A stretch of DNA of 64,000 nucleotides from Candidatus Latescibacterota bacterium (GCA_965217585.1 OZ244561.1:4800001-4864000), one strand, 5' to 3'; positions 8,579 through 17,760 are shown, counted from the stretch's first letter. Numbers and translations are program-made. The notes: generated by a model not told the origin, from the sequence alone.

Positions 8579-11545
8579 CTACCTCGGCACCGCCAACAGC
8601 ATGGCGTCGAGTAGGCGTTTCTCGTTGCAGCCTTGAGGGTAGAGGGCGGATAGGGCGTTGGCAAGGCGGAGGAAGTCGGGGCCGCGATCTTGCTCGGCGT
8701 CGATCAGCGTCCGCAGTGCGTTGGCGTGACCGCTGGACTGGAGCAGCATGGCGGTGTGGACGCGGTCGAGGGTGGTGTCTCCAAGGGTCGCGGCGAGATG
8801 GTCGTCGGAGGCTTCGCCGTATCTCGGGCGTGGCTCCCGGACGAGAGTGGGTGCGCCGTCCTGCAAGTCGGGGAAGAGTGTCTGCTGCGAGCTGGTGTGC
8901 GGGTCGCTTTCGATGTAGTTGGCTGCGGCGGCAGCGCCGTCCTCGCCGAAGAGGTTCTTGGCGCGCTCGGACACTGGTAATAGGCGTACGACGCCCTTTT
9001 CTTGGCCGATGATGCGGTCGGTCCAGGTGTCGAGGTCAATGCCCATAGGCTGGGCGAAGCGGCGCACTACGTCGAAGGGGAGAGCAAATCCCGTGGCCGC
9101 TGCTTTGGCGACGGCTTCTTCGTCGGCCTCGTCTGTTTGTTCTTGATTCTCTGCAACAGGGGCTGTGCTCTGGAGCGTCCATAGGAAGAGCGCGGTTAGG
9201 CGGGCGTCCTCTTCCAGCGCGCCGGACAGGCCGTTGCGCGCTCGCGCTTCTGCGGTGCCGAGCACCTGTTGCAGCGCGGCGCGGCCGACTACCTCCCAGA
9301 CTTTCTCCAAATAATCGGGCAGGCCGATTATATCGCCCTCGGCGGTTTCGACGGCGCGGTAGCGGCTGAAGATTTCGAGCGCCGGGCCGATGCAGGCGAA
9401 GACCAGATCGGCACCTCGGATGCCCTCGCCCTGCAAGCGCTCGATCCAGTCAGCGACGCGGATCGGCAGTTCCCGCAGGACATCGGCCCAGTCGCCGATG
9501 GGGGCGTCTTCGGGACGTGGGCGGCAGATGAGGTGGATGCTGGTGGCGAGGGCGGCGGTGTCGCGTGCGTTGAGTCTGGACCCCATCTCGGTCGCAATCG
9601 GCCAGGAGCCGGTGATGGTCCAGCCGCCTTGGATCATGCCAGAGAGCAACGCCTCCCATCCCTCGGTGGTTTTGTGTGCGAAGACGACGGAGCCTACGCC
9701 ATCTTCTCTCAAAACCCGACGTCCCTCGGCGAAGGCTCGGGCCATAGCTCCTTCGTAGAATTCTTTATCCTTGGGTGCTCCATTAGCGTCTTTGACCTTC
9801 TCACACTGCACCGCTTCGCGGCTCTTGGGCGAAAGTACATTGTTCGCATCGAATGGGTCCCGTAGCAGCGGGTGGCTTGGTAGTGTGCGCTTGAGCCAGA
9901 CGAGGAAGAAGTCCGAGAGGTCAGCATAGGGTACAGCATCGTAGTAAGGAGGATCGGTGAACCAGACATCGGAGGCTTGATCGGGTAAAGGATGGTCAGT
10001 AGCATCAGCCGTTTGAACTTGACCGCCGCCACGGTTGACCGATGCATCAACCACGTCGGCAATCAGCACGAATCCACTTTTCCAGTTGCCTGGAGCCTCG
10101 GCTGTGATCACGACCTCTGCAAAGTCCCATACCATGGGGAGTGCCTGCCGGCCAAACGTATGCTGCATCTTTTCTGCCACGGCATTCCATCGAGTACACG
10201 ACATGTTGCTCATCGACACACGATTGAAAGCACAGGCCAATACCGATACCAATCCGGCTGTAGTTCCATTACGTACTGTGTCGAGCAACTCCACCAATGC
10301 CACCTTCTGCCGCGCCGTGAACAAGTCGCCGAAGGTCGTAATGCCGTATAAAGGGATCTGACTCCCAACAGCACGATGCGTGTCTTTTGTTGGAGCTGGT
10401 TCATCTGGCACCGGGCAAAGCCCCTGTTTACCTCCTCGCTCCCACTCGCCGAGTATATCCACCATCCGCTCCTGAGCCTTTCGCACCGCCTCGTAGTCCG
10501 CGTCTGTCGGCAGCCGATAGTGCCGCCCCGTCTGTCCAGACTTTATCGTCACCACCGCCGTCATCCGCGCCCCACCTGTCCGCCGCCCCTCCGCGTCAAA
10601 AATCACATCCGCGCCGCCCCGCTCAGCCGCAAGCTGCGCCCGCACTCGCTCCGGCGGTAGCACCGCGCCGCAGCACAGACAAGTCGCCCGCGCTCGCGTC
10701 ACCGTGCCGCCACGCACCTCTCTATCCGCCTTCGGCTCGAACACCTCAAACTCGACGCTCGGTGGCTCCCCTTCGGATCGCTCGACTCGATGCCGCAGCG
10801 CCCGCTTGCGCTTGGCCTTCTTGCACAGCCAAAATGAACGCATCAGCGGAATCTCCGCGCCGCAGTTGGGCGCTTCGCAGCGCACCGTCCGCGCCCACAA
10901 ATAGGCAATCGGCATCGCCCCGTCCGGGTCCTTGGGATACAGATCGGCCAACTCCTGCTCGGCCTGCCGCTTAATCTCGCCGCCGACCCGGCGCAGATCG
11001 TCGGCCAGCCCCGGCCCGTGCCGCGGAATGTCCTCCAGCATCACCTTGAGAATCAGGCAGGCCACCGGATTCAGATCGCTGGCGAACGCCTCGCAGCCCA
11101 GCCGCAATGCCTCCAGCGGAATCGAGCCACCGCCCGCAAACGGGTCCACCACAAGCGGCGGCTCCTCGCCATGCGCCGCCTTCACCAGCGCCCGACCCAC
11201 GTTGAGATGAGTGCGATCCGCAGCATTGTCCCAATTGGCGAAGTTGGCGATAAACGACAGCAACCCCTGTCGCAGTTCCGCGTCATTCGCCGGCGGTTGC
11301 CGCACCTCGCGCAGAATCTCCCGCGCTTGCTGCTTAAAGTCCTCCGGGCAGTGCGCGTCGCACGGGTCCGGCAGCAGCAACGCCAGCAACACTGCCCGCG
11401 ACGAAGCCAACGGCCGCCGCGCCCACCACAAGTGCAGCGTACTCGGATGCCCATGCCGAATCGACTTCTCCCGCGTCGCGTGCCGCGACACTTCGGCGAT
11501 GGGGAAATCCACTTCGGCCAGACGCTTGCATTCGCGGGGGATCAT
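8579..11545 (-). CDS. DUF1156 amino-DNA methyltransferase with Zn ribbon
   Basis: LHLWWARRPL, motif I DPFAGGG, Cys pairs (CEAPNC, CLCC), motif IV DPPYY. Confidence 0.92.
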   Translation of the reverse strand: MIPRECKRLAEVDFPIAEVSRHATREKSIRHGHPSTLHLWWARRPLASSRAVLLALLLPDPCDAHCPEDFKQQAREILREVRQPPANDAELRQGLLSFIANFANWDNAADRTHLNVGRALVKAAHGEEPPLVVDPFAGGGSIPLEALRLGCEAFASDLNPVACLILKVMLEDIPRHGPGLADDLRRVGGEIKRQAEQELADLYPKDPDGAMPIAYLWARTVRCEAPNCGAEIPLMRSFWLCKKAKRKRALRHRVERSEGEPPSVEFEVFEPKADREVRGGTVTRARATCLCCGAVLPPERVRAQLAAERGGADVIFDAEGRRTGGARMTAVVTIKSGQTGRHYRLPTDADYEAVRKAQERMVDILGEWERGGKQGLCPVPDEPAPTKDTHRAVGSQIPLYGITTFGDLFTARQKVALVELLDTVRNGTTAGLVSVLACAFNRVSMSNMSCTRWNAVAEKMQHTFGRQALPMVWDFAEVVITAEAPGNWKSGFVLIADVVDASVNRGGGQVQTADATDHPLPDQASDVWFTDPPYYDAVPYADLSDFFLVWLKRTLPSHPLLRDPFDANNVLSPKSREAVQCEKVKDANGAPKDKEFYEGAMARAFAEGRRVLREDGVGSVVFAHKTTEGWEALLSGMIQGGWTITGSWPIATEMGSRLNARDTAALATSIHLICRPRPEDAPIGDWADVLRELPIRVADWIERLQGEGIRGADLVFACIGPALEIFSRYRAVETAEGDIIGLPDYLEKVWEVVGRAALQQVLGTAEARARNGLSGALEEDARLTALFLWTLQSTAPVAENQEQTDEADEEAVAKAAATGFALPFDVVRRFAQPMGIDLDTWTDRIIGQEKGVVRLLPVSERAKNLFGEDGAAAAANYIESDPHTSSQQTLFPDLQDGAPTLVREPRPRYGEASDDHLAATLGDTTLDRVHTAMLLQSSGHANALRTLIDAEQDRGPDFLRLANALSALYPQGCNEKRLLDAMLLAVPR
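11520..11544 (-). repeat. 25-bp sequence at the DUF1156 gene start, repeated at 15190..15214 and 16500..16524
   Basis: AGACGCTTGCATTCGCGGGGGATCA on the + strand. Confidence 0.95.
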
Positions 11546-13518
11546 ACCGAGGCTTTCGTCTGAGTCTTGAGGGCTATGATGCTGGCGACGATCTTCTTGA
11601 GTGACTTGCTGGTCTTGCCATTGGAATCGGCATTTTCGATGATGTGTTGAATCACTGCGGCGTTCTTAAGCGCCTGGTCCCTTTTTGCTATCTCCAATTC
11701 CTTCTGCGCCTCCGAGAGCAACTGAGCAAAAAGGTCCTTTCCCACTTCGTCTTCCAGCGTTTTTTCCAACTTGACCTTGAAGCAAGCGCATGAGTCCCCA
11801 ACAAAGTCGGGCCAGTCCTCCTCCGGTTGGCGAAGAAGGCGCAGAAGGTACTTGTTACTTTCCGGCTTAGCGTTGTTTCCGTTGTGATCACCATCCCATA
11901 CACCATACACAGGAACTCCAAGTTGGCGAAAAATGACTAAAGGCCGATCCAGGTTGGCCTTTCCAAAGCAGGGGATGACGGTGACTCCTTGGCTGTCGAA
12001 ATCATGATTCATTGATTTTGCGACCCCAAGAATTGCCGCACGGTCGTCTTCGCCTTCAACCAACACCACTATATCTGCAAAGAATCCTTCGCTCATCCAG
12101 GGAGTCATTATCGTTTGAAGGCGGGGACGTAGTGTTTCGGCCGTATATCTTGTCCCTTGAGAGTTGTTTGCGGTCCATAGCTCATCGGCTACTACATCCA
12201 TATCCGCCTTCTTTAGTCGGGTGACCTTCGGTTTTCCATTCTCGTGAGTGCTTTTTCGTAAGACCCGGATATGTTCGAAGCGATCCAAGCCGACGAGCAG
12301 TGGGGAGTGGGTGGTATAAACGACCTGGGTGTTCTCGGCTACACCCGGAATCGTGCCAGTGGCAAGTTTCAATAGGACTGACGCCAGATGGCGTTGGCGA
12401 CTGGGATGCTGATACAACTCTGGTTCCTCAATCGCTAGGACAAGGCTAGGTAAATGAGGGTCGCCGGATTCCTGACTCGCATCTTCCTCCGAGATTCCGT
12501 CTTCTGGTATCATCTCTGCCCCTCGTGCCGCGATAAGGTGCTGTAACATCGTGACTATGAACGCTCGTTGGAGGCCGTGCCCCGTTCTCTCCACTCTCGA
12601 TTCATAACCATCTTCCAGAAGCTTGACTTGTGCCTGAGGCATAGGGATCGAAATATCCGCGAACTCGGACCATCTCAGAAGAACGCTGGCATCCGGCACA
12701 TAGGATTGAAGGGTGTTAGATAAACCACGCTCTAGGTCGTTCAACTCCGTGAGCTGTTTGGGGTCCATGATTTCCTTGAACTGATCTTGTGTGTGCTGTT
12801 TGAAATCCGCAAGGTCTTTCCGGTCTGTCAGTGCATTTCGCACTACGAGGTCCATTATTTCTGTGATGGGTGAACCCTTGTTCTCAGTAGCGTCTTCCTG
12901 TGCATCCCTCACTGCTGGTATGTGTATGAATCTGGTGTACCGCCCTAGATAGCCTTGGGCTACCTGTGTGAATCCAAAGAATTGTCCATCGTCCCGTAGG
13001 GGTGAACACTGTGTAGGGTTCTGGCTTTCCCACGTGGCCAATGCTCCGAGCACCTCATCTGCCGAACGGGCAGAGGGCAACGATGAGTACTCTTGTGTCT
13101 CTCTGATCTCGTTGTACTTGCTTCTGATACCTGTTTTGCTATCAGCGTTTCTGACGCAGACAAAGTCAGGATTTTGTAGGCGCATCCCGTAATAGGTGCC
13201 TGGCTTCCTCCCCTGTGTTTCAGAGAAGACCCGAACGACTGTCAGGACATCGTTGTCGATATAGGCCGAGAAAAAGTCTTTCGCGTCTGCGCTAAGATCG
13301 GTAAACGTAACCGCGATTTCTATATCCTGGGTTGTATCCTCAGAGTAAAAGTCCTCTACCGTAGTTTTGGCCAACGGGTTGTAGAAAAGCTCGAGTGCGC
13401 TCAGAAACGAGGACTTTCCTGAGCCGTTCCGTCCCACCAATGCAGTAAGGGAATCACAGGTGAGTGATTCGTCCAAAATAGATCGAAAATTCTTCACATG
13501 GACTTTTTGAATGAGCAT
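11542..13518 (-). CDS. OLD-family ATP-dependent endonuclease (ABC ATPase + TOPRIM)
   Basis: GRNGSGKS, GHGLQR signature, IEEPE, TTHS, TOPRIM VVLVEGEDD and WDGD; lower GC than flanks. Confidence 0.9.
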   Translation of the reverse strand: MLIQKVHVKNFRSILDESLTCDSLTALVGRNGSGKSSFLSALELFYNPLAKTTVEDFYSEDTTQDIEIAVTFTDLSADAKDFFSAYIDNDVLTVVRVFSETQGRKPGTYYGMRLQNPDFVCVRNADSKTGIRSKYNEIRETQEYSSLPSARSADEVLGALATWESQNPTQCSPLRDDGQFFGFTQVAQGYLGRYTRFIHIPAVRDAQEDATENKGSPITEIMDLVVRNALTDRKDLADFKQHTQDQFKEIMDPKQLTELNDLERGLSNTLQSYVPDASVLLRWSEFADISIPMPQAQVKLLEDGYESRVERTGHGLQRAFIVTMLQHLIAARGAEMIPEDGISEEDASQESGDPHLPSLVLAIEEPELYQHPSRQRHLASVLLKLATGTIPGVAENTQVVYTTHSPLLVGLDRFEHIRVLRKSTHENGKPKVTRLKKADMDVVADELWTANNSQGTRYTAETLRPRLQTIMTPWMSEGFFADIVVLVEGEDDRAAILGVAKSMNHDFDSQGVTVIPCFGKANLDRPLVIFRQLGVPVYGVWDGDHNGNNAKPESNKYLLRLLRQPEEDWPDFVGDSCACFKVKLEKTLEDEVGKDLFAQLLSEAQKELEIAKRDQALKNAAVIQHIIENADSNGKTSKSLKKIVASIIALKTQTKASV

Positions 13519-13525
13519 TGTGTCG

Positions 13526-13738
13526 TTACCTCACCCGTATGAACGAATACCGGTCCTTGATGTTTTGGTGGAAGTAGGAACCCTTTGAGGCGGCTCGTAT
13601 TAGGCCCCGATAGATCACCTCCGGCACACCAGAGTACCGGTAGACTCCCCCACTATGAAACTCCAACTCCAGCATTTGGGCTTCTACCTCATACCCGACC
13701 GAACGGATGTTGCTGGAACTAACCGGCTGCCTGTCCAT
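13526..13738 (-). CDS. KTSC domain protein
   Basis: VSSSNIRSVGY..LELEF..GGVYRY.GVP..Y..L..A.SKGSYF; AGGAG RBS before the ATG at 13738. Confidence 0.9.
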   Translation of the reverse strand: MDRQPVSSSNIRSVGYEVEAQMLELEFHSGGVYRYSGVPEVIYRGLIRAASKGSYFHQNIKDRYSFIRVR

Positions 13739-13755
13739 TGAATTCTCCTTTCTAT

Positions 13756-13891
13756 GCGGCGGCTCCTCGCCGTGTGCCGCTTTCACTAGGTTGCGTACGA
13801 CCCGCTGTGGCCGCAGCGTACTCGAATGCCCGTGCCTAATTGACTTCTCCCACGCCGCGTGCTTGGAAACTTCGGCAATGGGAAAGTCCAC
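13756..13891 (-). pseudogene. Remnant of a DUF1156 methylase 5' region with an internal deletion
   Basis: Encodes VDFPIAEVSKHAAWEKSIRHGHSSTL (matches 11434..11512) joined to LVKAAHGEEPP (matches 11155..11188). Confidence 0.92.
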
Positions 13892-13932
13892 GCATGGTGT
13901 TCTCTTTTCCTTGGTTACTCTGTTGGTCCTTT

Positions 13933-15156
13933 TTACTTTTTGCCTTTCCCGGCTTTGCCTCGCGGCCTTTTCGCCCGGGTTTTTGTCTCTTGTTTCGGTT
14001 TCCCTACCGTCAGTTCGCCACGCAAGGTCGGAGCCCCTGCCCTTATCTCGGCACGCAAGTTTACCACCTCCCGCGTGCGGTCGATTTCCGCCGCCAAGAT
14101 CGCCTCGTCCGGCAAAGCAGTTTTGTATTCGGCAGCCATCACCTTGTTCGGCAATCCATCGAGCGCGTACCGGGCAACGGCCTCATCCTTCTGGGCACAC
14201 AGAATTAGCCCGACCGGCGGGTTCTCATCCTCGTGCATCCAGTGTTCACGGGCGTAGTTGAGATAGAGGTGCATCTGCCCGGCGTCGGCGTGGGTGAATT
14301 TGCCTACCTTTAGATCGATGACCACCAAGCAGCGCAGACGCCGGTGGAAGAATAGCAGATCTACCCGGTACCACTCATCGCCGACGCGAAGCCGCCTCTG
14401 CCGACCCATGAAGCAGAAATCCCCACCTAGCTCTAGGAGGAATGTCTCCAAGCGGTCAATCAGCGATTCTTCAAGGTCGCTTTCGGAGTACTCGTCCTTG
14501 AGATCGAGGAATTCGAGGACGAATGGGTCCTTGATTCCCTCTTCGGGCAGGACGCGATCCTCGGGCCGCGCCTTCCGCCCCCGGGTGAGCATGACGGCCT
14601 TGTTCTTTGAAAGAGCAGTGCGTTCATAGAACTGGGAATTAATTTGCCGGTCGAGTTGGCGAACCGACCAACCTCCGCGCAGCGCCTCGGTTTCGTAGAA
14701 TTCACGGGCGTGCGTGTTATTGACCGATAGTAGCCGCACATAGGCGGACCAAGGAAGCGGAAAGTGCGAGGCGACGCTGGCCAGCGAAGATTCTCCAGAC
14801 GCTGTCTGGAGATTTCCGCTGGATTCTGATTCTGCAGACGCTGTCTGCGGAATCGGCCATGCGAGGTAGAACGCCTTCATGTTCCAGACATTGCGGATCG
14901 AGAATCCACGGCCGTAATGGGCGGAGAGGTCAGTGGCAAGCCGTTCGACAATCTCCTCTCCATAGTCCGCTCGCTGTTCGCCTGACTGCTCAAACTCCAC
15001 GATGTGCCGTCCGATCATCCAATACGCGGCGGTCATAACGGCATTCACTGACCGAGCGGCCGACTGCCTAGCGGCGTCAACAATCCTCGACACATCGCCA
15101 AAGATGGCTTGGTACTGAGCATCCGGCTTGTCGTCTGTGAGTACCGGCTTTTTCAT
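13933..15156 (-). CDS. yhcG: YhcG/DUF1016 PD-(D/E)XK nuclease
   Basis: YWMIGRHIVE, LPWSAY, KDPFVLEFL, FLLELG, VDLLF..VVIDLK, GQMHLY. Confidence 0.9.
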   Translation of the reverse strand: MKKPVLTDDKPDAQYQAIFGDVSRIVDAARQSAARSVNAVMTAAYWMIGRHIVEFEQSGEQRADYGEEIVERLATDLSAHYGRGFSIRNVWNMKAFYLAWPIPQTASAESESSGNLQTASGESSLASVASHFPLPWSAYVRLLSVNNTHAREFYETEALRGGWSVRQLDRQINSQFYERTALSKNKAVMLTRGRKARPEDRVLPEEGIKDPFVLEFLDLKDEYSESDLEESLIDRLETFLLELGGDFCFMGRQRRLRVGDEWYRVDLLFFHRRLRCLVVIDLKVGKFTHADAGQMHLYLNYAREHWMHEDENPPVGLILCAQKDEAVARYALDGLPNKVMAAEYKTALPDEAILAAEIDRTREVVNLRAEIRAGAPTLRGELTVGKPKQETKTRAKRPRGKAGKGKK

Positions 15157-15189
15157 GATCTGCTCTGCTCCCCGTAGAGGGTTTTAGCG

Positions 15190-15214
15190 AGACGCTTGCA
15201 TTCGCGGGGGATCA
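15190..15214 (-). repeat. Identical copy of the DUF1156 start sequence overlapping the HEPN stop codon
   Basis: 25/25 identity with 11520..11544; reads (V)IPRECKRLA. Confidence 0.95.
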
Positions 15215-15604
15215 CAGTATGCGTTCCTCGGCCCAGCGGATGACGACTTCGGCGATGGCTAGCGCTTCCCGATACTCCTGTTCGGTGACTGTCTGGTTCA
15301 TAGGGTAGCGAGTAACTGTGGCGAATCGAGTGAGCTTTCTGGCCTGTCCGACGGCGTCTGGGATCGCTTCGCCTGCTTCCTTGAGCAGGGAAAGTAATCG
15401 GGCCAAATCATGTACGTAGGGGAAGTCGATGTCGCGCTTAATCATCAACGCCTTGATGGCTTTCTCGGCTGCTTGCTGGGCCTCAAAGCACAGGTCTTCT
15501 AGGTAGGCTTGTGGTACGCGGTTTTTCGCCATCGCCAGACTGCTTCTGGCGCGATTCATCCATTCGCGAGGATCGTCGGCGGGAAAACGCTCAGGTTCCT
15601 TCAT
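15212..15604 (-). CDS. HEPN domain protein (MNT-HEPN pair)
   Basis: LCFEAQQAAEKAIKA, HDLARL, TRYP motifs. Confidence 0.9.
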   Translation of the reverse strand: MKEPERFPADDPREWMNRARSSLAMAKNRVPQAYLEDLCFEAQQAAEKAIKALMIKRDIDFPYVHDLARLLSLLKEAGEAIPDAVGQARKLTRFATVTRYPMNQTVTEQEYREALAIAEVVIRWAEERIL

Positions 15605-15917
15605 ATACGACCCTGCCTTCTTGCAATGCCGGCTTGACAATCACCGCGTGGCTATCCTTATACCGCTCTACATCGTCGGGCGTGACGACAACAGCATCGA
15701 CGGCTGCGCCGACGCCATCGAGATTCATATAGATATCGCCCATAAGTTCAAGCGGGTTCTCACATTCTTTGATGATGAGCAGATCGACGTCGCTGTGGCG
15801 GTTCATCTCGCCGCGAGCAGCAGACCCGAAGAGGATGATCTTCTCCGGTTGAGCCACCTCTACAATGCGCCGGATGATGTCGTCCAATGTTTGTTGGTCA
15901 AGCATCCCCTTGTTCAT
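15591..15917 (-). CDS. Minimal nucleotidyltransferase (MNT) antitoxin
   Basis: IILFGSAARG..SDVDLLII; overlaps the HEPN gene. Confidence 0.92.
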   Translation of the reverse strand: MNKGMLDQQTLDDIIRRIVEVAQPEKIILFGSAARGEMNRHSDVDLLIIKECENPLELMGDIYMNLDGVGAAVDAVVVTPDDVERYKDSHAVIVKPALQEGRVVYEGT

Positions 15918-15949
15918 GGCTTCTCTCCTAGCAGCAAGCCGCGCCTGTT

Positions 15950-16086
15950 CTTGACCGATAGCAGTCGCACATAGATGGACTAAGGAAGTGAAAAGCGTGA
16001 GGCGACGCTGGCCAGAGAAGATCCGACAGACAGTGTCTGGCGAATCTCGTCACCTGCCAATTTTCAGACGGTGTCTGAAAAATTCG
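15950..16086 (-). pseudogene. Internal fragment of a second yhcG/DUF1016 gene
   Basis: Aligns by eye with 14720..14855 (QT.S repeats, SSLASVAS.F, YVRLLSV); contains a TAG where the intact copy has TGG. Confidence 0.8.
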
Positions 16087-16131
16087 TTCGGCTGACCGCC
16101 AAGCAACGCCGCCGCCGATAGAAACCGACTG

Positions 16132-16398
16132 TCACTCACCGATCCAAGGATTGACGACTTCAACGCCGGTATTCCGATATGCGTAGTGCCTAGACTCCGG
16201 CAACTCGACCCCATGCTCGGGGCCAAAATACCGCCTGAAAGCCTCGGAAGGCGTTGCGCGGTGCTCAGCCTTGGCGCGCTTCTCGCGGATCAGACGGCGG
16301 ATGAACTCTTCCATTGACACGCCGACTTGGCGCGCTTCCCGTTTGAGCCAGGCTTTGTCCGCCGGGTCGATATCGCGGACAGTGACAGTGGAACTCAT
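16132..16398 (-). CDS. FitA-like RHH antitoxin fused to the C-terminal stub of a PIN toxin
   Basis: TVTVRDID..K..L..EA...GVSMEE..R; ends NTGVEVVNPW, typical of FitB/VapC C-termini. Confidence 0.75.
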   Translation of the reverse strand: MSSTVTVRDIDPADKAWLKREARQVGVSMEEFIRRLIREKRAKAEHRATPSEAFRRYFGPEHGVELPESRHYAYRNTGVEVVNPWIGE

Positions 16399-16446
16399 CG
16401 CGGCCTCCTTATCAGGTATTGCGTTTGATCAACAAAAAAGCCTAAT

Positions 16447-16465
16447 GACAGCAAAATATGCTGTC
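16447..16465. promoter_or_regulatory. Palindrome upstream of the RHH antitoxin, probable autoregulatory operator
   Basis: GACAGCA-AAATA-TGCTGTC perfect 7-bp inverted repeat about 50 bp upstream of the start. Confidence 0.5.
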
Positions 16466-16499
16466 GAGTACCCTGATCGGCGAATCCAGAACACAGGAA

Positions 16500-16524
16500 A
16501 GACGCTTGCATTCGCCGGGGATCA
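16500..16524 (-). repeat. Copy of the DUF1156 start sequence overlapping the AlbA_2 gene stop codon
   Basis: 24/25 identity with 11520..11544. Confidence 0.93.
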
Positions 16525-17760
16525 CGCTGGCTTCGCTTCCTTCCATAGGCGCACGGTGAAGCGGTACTCCTCCGCGATCAGGTCCGGCTCGGTGCCGTTG
16601 TGGGCCAACATGCCGGGAATGATTTTGTTCCGAATGCCCATGCCACGTGCATCCACATAGCCGTAGTCGCGCATCACGTTGACTAAGGTCTGGTTGCGGG
16701 CGTAGCGCAGCCCCAATCGCATCCCAGCGGGCGTCACCGTGTTGGGCAGGCGGCCCGGGCTGACCACTTCGAGGCGATCCGAGTAGATGACGAGCATGAT
16801 GTCAGTCCCCACGATGCTGTAATCGCGGTGTACAAGGGCATTGACCACGGCCTCGCGCACCACGTCTTCGGGAAATTCCCAGCGGTCGATCCGACGCGCC
16901 CCTTCCAAATAGGCAGTGGGCGTCGTATTGCGCCGCACGAAATCCCACGCCTTATCTACAAGACCCAGCTTGACAAGCTCCCCGTCCTCGGGGTCGCAGA
17001 GTGGAACCATGGGGCCTTTGAGGTCCTCGTCCGCACGGGTTGCATAATCCGGCTCCGGGCCTAAGTAGCAAATAGCTCGAATGCCCGATTGCGGAAGAAA
17101 CCGCTTGGGGTTCTTGCCAAACAGAAGCATTCCGTCGATGGTTGCGACCATCCGGCCCGCTGCTGGGGTCGCAAGTTCGAGGTTTTGCAGCAGCCTTTGC
17201 CACTGATCGACATCGTTTGTCGGCGGAACGCTGCCGCCTAGAACGCGGCCAAAATAGTCGCGCAAATGCCGCTGGTTGAGCGAGTCGAGCACCGTGCCGG
17301 GGACGGGCTTTAAGCCGTAACGGAACAATCCTCCCTGTCGGTAGAGCCGTTCTTCTTCCTCGCGGCCTGCGGTACGCGTAGTCGTTCCGACGCGCACCTG
17401 AGTAACCCAATTTTCCCCGCGCTTGGCCTTGTAAGGCTTATCCGGCGCATCTCTGGGAAGAGATATAACGCCGACCGTTTTCCCGTTTCCCCAGTCCACG
17501 GTCTCCCAAAAGGGAATCGTTGCCGGCAAGACGTGGGTACGCGCTGTCTCCATCACCCATTCCTCCACCTTGCGCGGCTCTCGCATGAGACCGGTAACCG
17601 AGCCATTGTCCTCGACGCCGAGGAAAATGTACCCGCCTTCCAGATTGAGCAGAGCTGCAATTTCCGTGGCCAGTCGTTCCGGGCGAAGGTCAGCGCGCTT
17701 GAACTCCACGCCAGAGTTCTCGCCGCTGCGGATCAGTTCGATCAAATCGGCTTTGTTCAT
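16522..17760 (-). CDS. Schlafen/AlbA_2 domain + HATPase_c_4 (RecG C-terminal-like) protein
   Basis: GENSGVEFK, A..N.EGG.I.LGVED, REAVVNALVHRDY, SPG.LP, RN, GMGI. Confidence 0.88.
   Translation of the reverse strand: MNKADLIELIRSGENSGVEFKRADLRPERLATEIAALLNLEGGYIFLGVEDNGSVTGLMREPRKVEEWVMETARTHVLPATIPFWETVDWGNGKTVGVISLPRDAPDKPYKAKRGENWVTQVRVGTTTRTAGREEEERLYRQGGLFRYGLKPVPGTVLDSLNQRHLRDYFGRVLGGSVPPTNDVDQWQRLLQNLELATPAAGRMVATIDGMLLFGKNPKRFLPQSGIRAICYLGPEPDYATRADEDLKGPMVPLCDPEDGELVKLGLVDKAWDFVRRNTTPTAYLEGARRIDRWEFPEDVVREAVVNALVHRDYSIVGTDIMLVIYSDRLEVVSPGRLPNTVTPAGMRLGLRYARNQTLVNVMRDYGYVDARGMGIRNKIIPGMLAHNGTEPDLIAEEYRFTVRLWKEAKPA

Noticed and set aside
11542-13518. OLD nuclease as Gabija GajA
   Set aside because: No adjacent UvrD-like GajB
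13739-13891. Methylase-KTSC fusion protein (13526..13891)
   Set aside because: The extension is a methylase remnant; KTSC has its own AGGAG RBS and ATG at 13738
11520-16524. 25-bp repeats as a CRISPR array or integron attC sites
   Set aside because: Spacing is kilobases and irregular, there is no attC-like palindrome, cas gene or integrase, and the repeat is the coding start of DUF1156
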